DNA from: Okeania sp. | Lineage (GTDB): Bacteria; Cyanobacteriota; Cyanobacteriia; Cyanobacteriales; Microcoleaceae | Assembly: GCF_035285525.1 (NCBI RefSeq) | Contig: NZ_JAYKGW010000058.1 | Coordinates: forward strand, 19,438-51,437 | Length of the DNA: 32,000 nt | Direction of reading: 5' to 3' | In this document: piece by piece, positions 25,799 to 32,000 of the stretch | Layout: the number at the start of each line of letters is the position of its first letter | Position numbering within the stretch: the first letter of the stretch is position 1 | The notes under the pieces: generated by a model | The model's input: the letters and a program-made list of their open reading frames with translations, nothing else | Told to the model about the DNA's origin: nothing | Database searches by the model: none | Position numbers and translations under genes: made by a program

Positions 25799-26506
25799 AT
25801 GAAGGACAAAGTTATAGTAATAGTTGGTGCGACTGGAGGTATAGGTTCAGCCCTGGTAGAAAAATTAGGAAATTCTGGGGCTAAATTAGTTTTGGCTGCC
25901 AGAGATAATCATAAATTAGATACTTTATTCACCCAAATATCTACTACCGAAATTATTACTGTACCTACAGATATTACTAACCCCCAAGAAGTAGAAATCC
26001 TGATGGAAAAAGCTACCAATCATTTTGGTAGAATAGATGTTTTAGTTAATGCAGCAGGAGCAGGTATTCTCAAACAATGGAACAAAATTGAACCTGCTGA
26101 CCTGGATATGATGCTTGACCTAAATTTGAAAGGTAGTTTTTACACTTGCCAAGCTGCTGCTAATATTATGAAAGCACAAAAATCAGGTCATATTTGTAAT
26201 GTGGTGGGGATTCTTGGGAAACATTCAATGGCAATGGGAAGTGTTTATTGTGCTTCTAAGTTTGGTTTGGTAGGATTAAGCAAATGTATGGCAGATGAGT
26301 TGCGACGTTATGGTATCAAAGTGACTCTTTTCTATTTTGGAGGAGTGAACACTCCTTTTTGGGATAACGTTAGTCTGAAAGTTGATCGCTCTAAAATGCT
26401 CAGTTCGGAAACTGCTGCTGATGCTATTATGTTTGCTCTCAATGCAGAACCCCAAGCGGTACCAATGGAAATTAATATTCAACCAGATAGTCATTTATTC
26501 TTTTAA
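25799..26506 (+). CDS. Classical SDR-family oxidoreductase
   Basis: 235-aa ORF with VIVGATGGIGSALVEKL, NAAG and YCASK (YxxxK). The residue 13 positions before the Tyr, normally Ser, reads Gly (ICNVVGILG). Confidence 0.88.
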   Translation: MKDKVIVIVGATGGIGSALVEKLGNSGAKLVLAARDNHKLDTLFTQISTTEIITVPTDITNPQEVEILMEKATNHFGRIDVLVNAAGAGILKQWNKIEPADLDMMLDLNLKGSFYTCQAAANIMKAQKSGHICNVVGILGKHSMAMGSVYCASKFGLVGLSKCMADELRRYGIKVTLFYFGGVNTPFWDNVSLKVDRSKMLSSETAADAIMFALNAEPQAVPMEINIQPDSHLFF

Positions 26507-26588
26507 GAGAGTAGGGAGTAGGAGAGTGTAGCGAATGTGGGAGGTGTAGGGAGTAGAGAGTCTAGAAAATACGCAAGCTGCATTAATT

Positions 26589-26690
26589 AGGACTTACCCA
26601 GGAGGAACCCAGAAACCCGGTTTCTTGTAAGGGTCTATTGTTCAAAACAACTACTTCTCCTAGAAACCGGGTTCCTCCCGTGTAAGTCCT
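26589..26690. repeat. MITE-like palindrome (AGGACTTACCCAGGAGGAACCC.GAAACCCGGTTTCT ... AGAAACCGGGTTCCTCCCGTGTAAGTCCT)
   Basis: Long inverted arms read directly. Track ORFs 26583-26855 and 26660-26881 are artefacts of this element and the next one. Confidence 0.8.
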
Positions 26691-26711
26691 GATAACATTT
26701 TGATTAAAATT

Positions 26712-26866
26712 AGGACTAAAGCCATGAGGTAGGAAAAATAGGGGTTTGAGATTGCTATCCTGACGGACTGCGACCCATTCATGTCGCGGAGCGAAACGCT
26801 GTCGCTTGCTATCGCAAAGCTGCGAGTCGCGCCATGACAAAATTGCGTTGCGCATGGGTAAGTCCT
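26712..26866. repeat. MITE-like element (TAGGACTAAAGCC ... GCATGGGTAAGTCCT)
   Basis: The left half matches rc(12025-12117). The central TTTGAGATTGCTATCCTGACGGACTGC block matches 12772-12800. Confidence 0.75.
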
Positions 26867-27088
26867 GAAAATAATTGACATCTATAGCAGCACTTAATAT
26901 TTACAAATTGCAGCAGGTGTCCAAGCAGCTCAAAGCTTTATATTATAGGCAATTTATTCTCCCAGTTAAGTGTTCCCCCTATACCTGTTCCCTGCGCGGA
27001 GCACTATACGGAAAAGAGTTAGTAGGGACTATGCAACGTCTCTACCATTTCTAACAAAAATTTATCACGCTTGCTATAAAAGTTGATT

Positions 27089-28150
27089 ATGGAATTTGAT
27101 CATATTCATTTCTACGTTGAAAATGCTATAGAGTCACGAGAGTGGTTTAGAGAAAAATTAGGTTTTAAGTCTATTGCTTCTCAAACCAGTGAACACACTC
27201 AAAAAGAAATTATCAACAGAGGTCAAGTATATTTTGCCTTATCTTCTGCTATCACATCAAAAAGTCCGGTTGCTAATTTTCTGAGTTTACATCCTCCTGG
27301 AGTCGCTGATGTAGCTTTTCGGGTTGGAGATATTAACTCAGTTGTGACAAAAGCAGCAGTTAACGGAGGAAATATTTTGCAACCTATTCAACAAAACTTA
27401 CAAGGTTTGAAGTGGGCAAAAATTTCTGGATGGGGAGACTTGACTCATACTTTAATCGAAAAAATTGATAATGCACAAATTTTTAATTCTCCCAAACAAC
27501 TTTCTAGAAATATTGTAGCGATCGATCATGTAGTTTTGAATGTAGCTGAGGACAATTTAAAATCTGCTTTTAACTGGTATCATCAAATCTTAGATTTCCA
27601 ACCTCATCAAAATTTTGATATTCAGACAAAAAAATCTGGTTTGCGTAGTCAAGTGATGATACACCCAGAGGGAGAAGTAAAATTTCCGATCAATGAACCT
27701 ACATCCCCTAATTCTCAAATTCAAGAATTTTTAGATGCTAACTGTGGTGCGGGGATACAACATATTGCTTTACGGACAGAGAATATTTTGGGAGTGGTAG
27801 AAGAGTTGCGATCGCTTGGTTTACCTTTTTTACAAGTTCCAGGAACATATTATTCTAGTTTGGAAAAGAAAGCATTAAGTTGTTTATCAGAAACTGACTG
27901 GCAAAAAGTTCAAGATTGTGAAATTTTGCTAGATTGGCAAAAGAGTATACCAGGAGCAATGCTACTACAAATTTTTACTCAACCAATATTTAAGCAACCA
28001 ACAGTATTTTTTGAATTTATTGAACGTAAAATTGTGTGGGTAAATGGTAAAAAAATGGAAACTCCTGGTTTTGGTCAAGGTAATTTTCAAGCTTTATTTG
28101 AAGCTATTGAAAGAGAACAAATGAAGCGAGGTAGTTTAGGGAAAAATTAA
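27089..28150 (+). CDS. hppD: 4-hydroxyphenylpyruvate dioxygenase
   Basis: The track ORF begins at TTG 27083. ATG 27089 gives MEFDHIHFYVENA.., the usual cyanobacterial N-terminus. Fe ligand contexts are IDHVVLNV, GIQHIALRT and FFEFIERK. The C-terminus is GFGQGNFQALFEAIEREQMKRG. Confidence 0.92.
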   Translation: MEFDHIHFYVENAIESREWFREKLGFKSIASQTSEHTQKEIINRGQVYFALSSAITSKSPVANFLSLHPPGVADVAFRVGDINSVVTKAAVNGGNILQPIQQNLQGLKWAKISGWGDLTHTLIEKIDNAQIFNSPKQLSRNIVAIDHVVLNVAEDNLKSAFNWYHQILDFQPHQNFDIQTKKSGLRSQVMIHPEGEVKFPINEPTSPNSQIQEFLDANCGAGIQHIALRTENILGVVEELRSLGLPFLQVPGTYYSSLEKKALSCLSETDWQKVQDCEILLDWQKSIPGAMLLQIFTQPIFKQPTVFFEFIERKIVWVNGKKMETPGFGQGNFQALFEAIEREQMKRGSLGKN

Positions 28151-28277
28151 TATTAAAACTTTACTATACAAAAATCTAAATTAGAGCAAAGTGGATTTTT
28201 TCCAGATTGAACAACTTCAAGAAGAATTGCTTGACCAGTAGTTTCACCTTCTGGATTAAATTTCAGAATTTCTTTTA

Positions 28278-28803
28278 TTACTCATAATGGTATTTATAGG
28301 CAATAATAATAATTTCATCATTAGTTACTTTATAAACTAAATGGTGTTCGTTATTGATACGTCTTGAGCAATAACCACTAAGTTCAGATTTAAGAGGTTT
28401 TGGTTTAGGTAAACCAGAAAATGAAGAACGGTCAATATCTTTAATTAGGGTTTGCTTAAAAAGTCTTTTAGGAGCGGGGAGAAGCCATAATCCAGAATCG
28501 GTGAATCCAGGAGGAATAGGAATTATAGAAGAGGTAGGAGGAAGAATTATCCGTTGATTTACGGTTCCCGAAAAATAGGCTAATTATGGTAGAAAATCCT
28601 AGATTTTTTAGCTTGAAAGACTTAGAAAGCTGGTACTTTTTTGAGACCTAAAAATGCTAAAAGGTTTTACAAATAAAGCTTTGATATTTTCATACACAAG
28701 TCCTAATTAGAGTGATTATTTTCTGATTAATTTTTTTATCAATTTTCACCCATTCAGTAAAGTATGAAAAAGCAGAAGTTTCAAATACTATTCTTTTGCT
28801 CAC
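28278..28803 (-). pseudogene. yoeB: yoeB (Txe/YoeB toxin) gene split by a 256-bp insertion
   Basis: The N-terminal piece 28705-28803 reads (GTG)VSKRIVFETSAFSYFTEWVKIDKKINQKIITLI. The C-terminal piece 28278-28442 reads KDIDRSSFSGLPKPKPLKSELSGYCSRRINNEHHLVYKVTNDEIIIIAYKYHYE*. Joined they give 87 aa, colinear with E. coli YoeB (..LIKDT.R.PF.G.GKPEPLK..LSG.WSRRI..EHRLVY.V.....I...RYHY). Not in the ORF track. Confidence 0.75.
28449..28704. mobile_element. 256-bp non-coding insertion in yoeB flanked by a 6-bp direct repeat AATTAG
   Basis: AATTAG occurs at 28443-28448 and 28705-28710, read as CTAATT (Leu-Ile) on the coding strand in frame on both sides. The interior shares blocks with the repeat at 22870-22990. 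One end reads ..CACAAGTCCT, resembling the AAGTCCT terminus of the local MITE family. No clear TIR seen. Confidence 0.65.
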
Positions 28804-28808
28804 TCGAT

Positions 28809-29048
28809 TTATTCTAATGAAAGTTCAATTAAATTGGTTTTATGTTCGACATTTTTCACAGCATTTAATAGTCTATTTTTGTTGGTTTTGCTTTTCAATA
28901 AGTAGGATGTTTCGTCAACTTCAGAAACAATATTTTCAATTTCTTTTTCTATTAAAGTTTCAATATATTTTTCAATTGATAAGTATTAGAATTTAGCTTT
29001 TTCTTTGATTTTAGCTTCAATTTATGGTTTTAAATTAATAGTAATCAT
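28809..29048 (-). pseudogene. YefM-type antitoxin gene (RHH-like N-terminus, YefM-like C-terminus) with two in-frame TAA
   Basis: My translation: MITINLKP*IEAKIKEKAKF*YLSIEKYIETLIEKEIENIVSEVDETSYLLKSKTNKNRLLNAVKNVEHKTNLIELSLE*. Internal stops are at 29022-29024 and 28986-28988. ETSYLL.S..N..RLL matches the YefM C-terminal toxin-binding segment (ETAYLLRSPANARRLM). Its stop lies 5 nt before the yoeB GTG. Track ORF 28796-28996 (+) is antisense to it. Confidence 0.6.
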
Positions 29049-29167
29049 TATCTTTGATTTATGTTTACAATACTCTTAAAGACTTAAAAAAAATCACTTA
29101 TAAAAATAATATATAAATTTTATAATATGATAACAATAATTAGTCGTTTTTATATCCATTTTTATAT

Positions 29168-29259
29168 CCCCCCTTTGCAAGAAGGGAGTCAAGAAAAAAC
29201 TCTCCTTTGTAAAGGAATAGCCAAGAAAAAGTTCCCCTTACAAAGGGGGATTTAGGGGG
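29168..29259. repeat. Three tandem ~32-bp units, each with a short palindrome (CCCTTTGCAAGAAGGG; TCCTTTGTAAAGGA; TCCCCTTACAAAGGGGGA); possible terminator stack
   Basis: Read directly. The block starts 6 nt downstream of the stop (29265-29267) of the 754-aa gene on the minus strand. Confidence 0.55.
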
Positions 29260-29264
29260 ATTAT

Positions 29265-31529
29265 TTATTGTTTTCTTTTGCGCTTTCGAGCAGCATCAGT
29301 AGATTTTAATAATTTTAATTGATAAGGGTCAACATCGTTACGCCAATAAAGACGATGACCTTTAATTTCTGTACAATTTTCTTCTAAACATTTGAGCCAT
29401 CCTAGTCTATTTTGAATTTGTTTGAAATTATTTAAAAGTCCTCTATCTTCTTCTTGTACTGTCAGTTTAGCAAATTTTTCATAGTGGGGATAATCTGAAG
29501 TAACTAAAGCATCTTTTCTATGCAAAATTGGTGGATTATATTCTTTTGTATAATCCTGATAGCTCACGCTCAAGTCTCGCAAATCAACATTCATTGTTGT
29601 ATGTAAAACTGGGTGAGCTTCTTTATCAAAGTCGGGATAAAATAAATAAGATATTATTGGTAACTTATAATGAAATTTAACGATATTTACTTCATTTAAT
29701 CTACCAATTGTACGATTAGCACAACCTTCATAAAGTCGTAATAAGGGGTCAAGTTTGACTATAGCCGAAACATGAACTAACAAAAAATTAGTAGATTTAT
29801 AACCAATAGAACTATTTCGACAACATTTGCTAATTAAATCAGAATCACCTAAACTAAATAACATTAAATCAGCTAAAGTGCAGGCGTTTGTATAACTTCC
29901 AAATAAAGCTTTAATATCATTTCTGACTACTACGGATAATTGGGAAAATTTTGGTCGATTACCAAATTTAGTTAAAGCCAGATATACTAAGAAATCTTGA
30001 CGGCGTTTATCGGTTATAGCATCCCATTCTTGATAGTTTGTTACCTGAAGAATTACCTGGAAAGCACGACGAAAAGTACCAAATTCTGCAATTAAATCTG
30101 TTTCTTCCGCAAGTTCTCCTCTAACTGGTAAACGACCGCGATCGCTCATAAAGTTCATCAAAGGAATAAGCTGTTCTTGATAATCTTCAAAGCGTTTATT
30201 TTTACAACTAATTCTGGGGGTAGATAAACGAGTTCTTAATCGAGATGCGCGGAAATTTTGAGCTTCTGCTTCATCTCTAAAAACCAAGAAAATTCCTAAA
30301 TCAATAGGAATTGAATCTACATTTAAAACTTGGTCAATATAAGATTTTAATTCTTCTTGTTCATAATATTTTTGAAAAGTCTTACGAGATGTAATTATGC
30401 CATCTCCATAAGCAAGTTTTCCTTCAGTTTTACTATCATTAACTAATACTAAAGAAGAAACAATTAAAACTTTTTTAGTTAACTGCCAAGATTTAATCAA
30501 AGCTTCCCTACGTTCGGCTAAAGATTCTATCACATTAATTACATAACCAAGATTAACAATATCAGCAGCAATGCAAGAAGTTTCTGGCAAATAATAAGGA
30601 TCCCAACCAGCACTTAAATAACCTTTTTGATTAATAAATTTAATATCTTCGCCATGACCACAACCATAGTCAAAAAAGGTTGTGTTTTCTGTAAATAAAT
30701 TTGCTTCTAGAGCTAAACGTACTGGTTTAGAAATTTTTTTACGAACTATAGCAGCTTTATGACGTTCTATTTGCGGAATTGGTTTTTCAATAGTATGTTG
30801 AATTACACGATGGTCTTTAATTTCTATGCCATGATTTTTTAGGTGTTTTAACCATCCTTGACGAGTACCAATTAAACGAGTATTATCTAACAGTCCGAGT
30901 TTAACTTCAGCAGAGGTTAATTTAGCAAATTTTTGATAGTGGCGATATTCAGGAGTAACAAAAGTTTCTTTCCGATGCAGAACCGGAGGATTTTCACTAT
31001 TACTGTAATTTCTCTGTTCAACTTTTCCATTATTCAGATTAATAGAAATGCTATTTTTTAAGGCAGGATGAGGGTGAATATTAAAATCTGGATAGTGTAA
31101 ATAAGAAATTGTTGGTTTATCAAAATTAAATTTGATTAATGTTATGGTTTTGGCATCAGTTTTTTGGTGAGAAAGAGATTTCAAATATAAATGATGAGCG
31201 ATATTTTCGTAAAGTTGTAGAAAAGGATGAAGTTTTTCTAAAGCTGAGATATGAATATAAAATGCAGTTGGTAATTTTTTCCCTATTTGGCTTTGTTGGC
31301 AGTATTTTTTTATGGTTCCTGGTTGATAAAGTTCTAAGAATATTTGGTTAGCAAATTCACAAGCAGATTTATAAGTACCAAAATAAGTTTTAATTAGGTT
31401 TCTAACTTTTTGGGGTAAGTTTGTTTCTAATTTAATTTTGGATGATATTTGAAAGTTTTCTATATTTAAAAGTAGATATCGTAGCAGTTCATAATAACTT
31501 TTTTGTTGAGAATCAAGTTGGTTATTCAT
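29265..31529 (-). CDS. SAM-dependent methyltransferase-like protein with a duplicated ~200-aa flanking module; resembles the DNA phosphorothioation-associated putative methyltransferase family
   Basis: 754-aa ORF. Motif I FFDYGCGHGED lies at aa 285-295. Module A is about aa 42-242 and module B about aa 535-727. They align colinearly: VRNLIKTYFGTYKSAC / VRNDIKALFGSYTNAC, ISYLHYPDF / ISYLFYPDF, NPPVLHRKE / NPPILHRKD, HYQKFAKLT / HYEKFAKLT, GWLKHL / GWLKCL, IKDHR / IKGHR. The family call is from my memory of the NPPILHRKE signature, not a search. Confidence 0.8.
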   Translation of the reverse strand: MNNQLDSQQKSYYELLRYLLLNIENFQISSKIKLETNLPQKVRNLIKTYFGTYKSACEFANQIFLELYQPGTIKKYCQQSQIGKKLPTAFYIHISALEKLHPFLQLYENIAHHLYLKSLSHQKTDAKTITLIKFNFDKPTISYLHYPDFNIHPHPALKNSISINLNNGKVEQRNYSNSENPPVLHRKETFVTPEYRHYQKFAKLTSAEVKLGLLDNTRLIGTRQGWLKHLKNHGIEIKDHRVIQHTIEKPIPQIERHKAAIVRKKISKPVRLALEANLFTENTTFFDYGCGHGEDIKFINQKGYLSAGWDPYYLPETSCIAADIVNLGYVINVIESLAERREALIKSWQLTKKVLIVSSLVLVNDSKTEGKLAYGDGIITSRKTFQKYYEQEELKSYIDQVLNVDSIPIDLGIFLVFRDEAEAQNFRASRLRTRLSTPRISCKNKRFEDYQEQLIPLMNFMSDRGRLPVRGELAEETDLIAEFGTFRRAFQVILQVTNYQEWDAITDKRRQDFLVYLALTKFGNRPKFSQLSVVVRNDIKALFGSYTNACTLADLMLFSLGDSDLISKCCRNSSIGYKSTNFLLVHVSAIVKLDPLLRLYEGCANRTIGRLNEVNIVKFHYKLPIISYLFYPDFDKEAHPVLHTTMNVDLRDLSVSYQDYTKEYNPPILHRKDALVTSDYPHYEKFAKLTVQEEDRGLLNNFKQIQNRLGWLKCLEENCTEIKGHRLYWRNDVDPYQLKLLKSTDAARKRKRKQ

Positions 31530-31543
31530 TGCTATTTGACAGA

Positions 31544-31585
31544 GTAGGGAGTAGGGAGTAGGGAGTAGGGAGTAGGGAGTAGTAG
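31544..31585. repeat. Heptamer array (GTAGGGA)5
   Basis: Starts 15 nt upstream of the ATG (31529) of the 754-aa gene. Same heptamer as at 18069-18105. Confidence 0.85.
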
Positions 31586-31747
31586 TAATTCAGGAAATAG
31601 GGAATAGAAAATCAGGAAAAAAGTTGTATTTTAGTAACTTGATAAATCCTATTTAGGGAGTGGGCAGTAGGGAGTAGCAGTAATTTAGGAAATAGTGAAT
31701 AGAAAATCAGGAAAAAAATTGTATTTCAGTAACTTGATAAATTCTAT
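31572..31747. repeat. Tandem duplication of an 81-bp unit (31572-31652 and 31667-31747, period 95 bp)
   Basis: GTAGGGAGTAG.AGTAATT.AGGAAATAG.GAATAGAAAATCAGGAAAAAA.TTGTATTT.AGTAACTTGATAAAT.CTAT occurs twice with about 6 mismatches, in the 5' region of the 754-aa gene. Confidence 0.8.
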
Positions 31748-31780
31748 ATTTTAATACTAAATAAGTTGTAAAATTTACTC

Positions 31781-31870
31781 GTATGGGTTTGGTCTCCAAA
31801 CACAAACCAATAAGGGATTTGGAAAGCAAACCCCTACAGTTTTTTCCAAGAATTATTTAGGGTTGCTATA
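31781..31870. repeat. Copy of the G(G/T)GGTTTGGTCTCCAAAC...AGGGTTGCTATA element
   Basis: Colinear with 3712-3801, including the internal GGATTTGGAAAGCAAACCCC stem. Confidence 0.65.
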
Positions 31871-31907
31871 TAAAACTACTAACTCACAACTGATAATCTA
31901 TTGAAAA

Positions 31908-32000
31908 TTAACTCCACATTCCTACATCCTCTATTATTTTTTCAAAATAAGGAATCGAACTAACAACAGTTTCAGTTTTAGATAACTCTTTTTCTGAAAC
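31908..32000 (-). CDS. Possible 3' end of a gene running off the window (30 codons + TAA)
   Basis: Open frame from the window edge reads VSEKELSKTETVVSSIPYFEKIIEDVGMWS*, with the stop at 31908-31910. No family recognised and too short to judge. Confidence 0.25.
   Translation of the reverse strand, partial: VSEKELSKTETVVSSIPYFEKIIEDVGMWS

Noticed and set aside
26583-26881. Track ORFs 26583-26855 and 26660-26881 (minus)
   Set aside because: They span two adjacent palindromic MITE-like elements. The sequence is explained by the repeats and shows no protein-like features.
27089-28150. HPPD as part of a tyrosine-degradation operon with the upstream cupin-like or SDR genes
   Set aside because: No homogentisate dioxygenase, maleylacetoacetate isomerase or fumarylacetoacetase is present. 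HPPD is separated from its neighbours by 575 bp of repeats. In cyanobacteria it normally serves tocopherol and plastoquinone precursor synthesis as a solitary gene.
28150-28277. Possible short coding remnant downstream of yoeB on the minus strand (..KEILKFNPEGETTGQAILLEVVQSGKNP..)
   Set aside because: It is open for about 40 codons, but it has no start codon and I recognise no family. This is too weak to call.
28796-28996. 66-aa plus-strand ORF
   Set aside because: It is antisense to the much more convincing YefM-like antitoxin frame, and its translation is Phe/Leu/Ile-rich junk.
31949-31965. tRNA-like T-loop sequence (GTTAGTTCGATTCCTTA on the minus strand)
   Set aside because: Flanking bases cannot form a T-stem, acceptor stem or anticodon arm. 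It lies inside an open reading frame running off the window.

Overview
Visibly AT-rich chromosomal segment with hallmarks of a heterocyst-forming (Nostocales-type) cyanobacterium. It carries at least 11 HIP1 octamers GCGATCGC (e.g. 1128-1135, 4824-4831, 13720-13727, 27808-27815), heptanucleotide STRR-like arrays, and small palindromic MITE-like repeats in almost every intergenic spacer. Intact genes are: (i) a co-oriented minus-strand cluster at 2536-8544 (UbiA/phosphoribosyltransferase-like membrane protein, 115-aa protein, GMC flavoprotein, two extended SDRs); (ii) a DUF4347/beta-helix/RTX secreted protein; (iii) phosphoglucomutase; (iv) a two-TM Cache-like membrane protein with an unassignable 385-aa cytoplasmic region; (v) an EVE-domain protein; (vi) a hydantoinase-like amidohydrolase divergent from an SDR, two tandem alpha/beta-fold paralogs and a cupin-like protein, three of which have non-canonical catalytic motifs; (vii) a small beta-barrel-like protein, a second SDR and 4-hydroxyphenylpyruvate dioxygenase; (viii) a 754-aa SAM-methyltransferase-like protein with an internally duplicated flanking module. 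Interspersed are decayed accessory genes missing from the ORF track: an AAA-like ATPase fragment with two stops, a decayed IS5-type transposase, two BrnA-like relics, a DUF29 gene with an in-frame TAA, a yoeB toxin split by a 256-bp insertion with a 6-bp target duplication, and its antitoxin with two in-frame TAA. I found no rRNA, tRNA or CRISPR array. Repeat boundaries were read by eye and may be off by a few nt.
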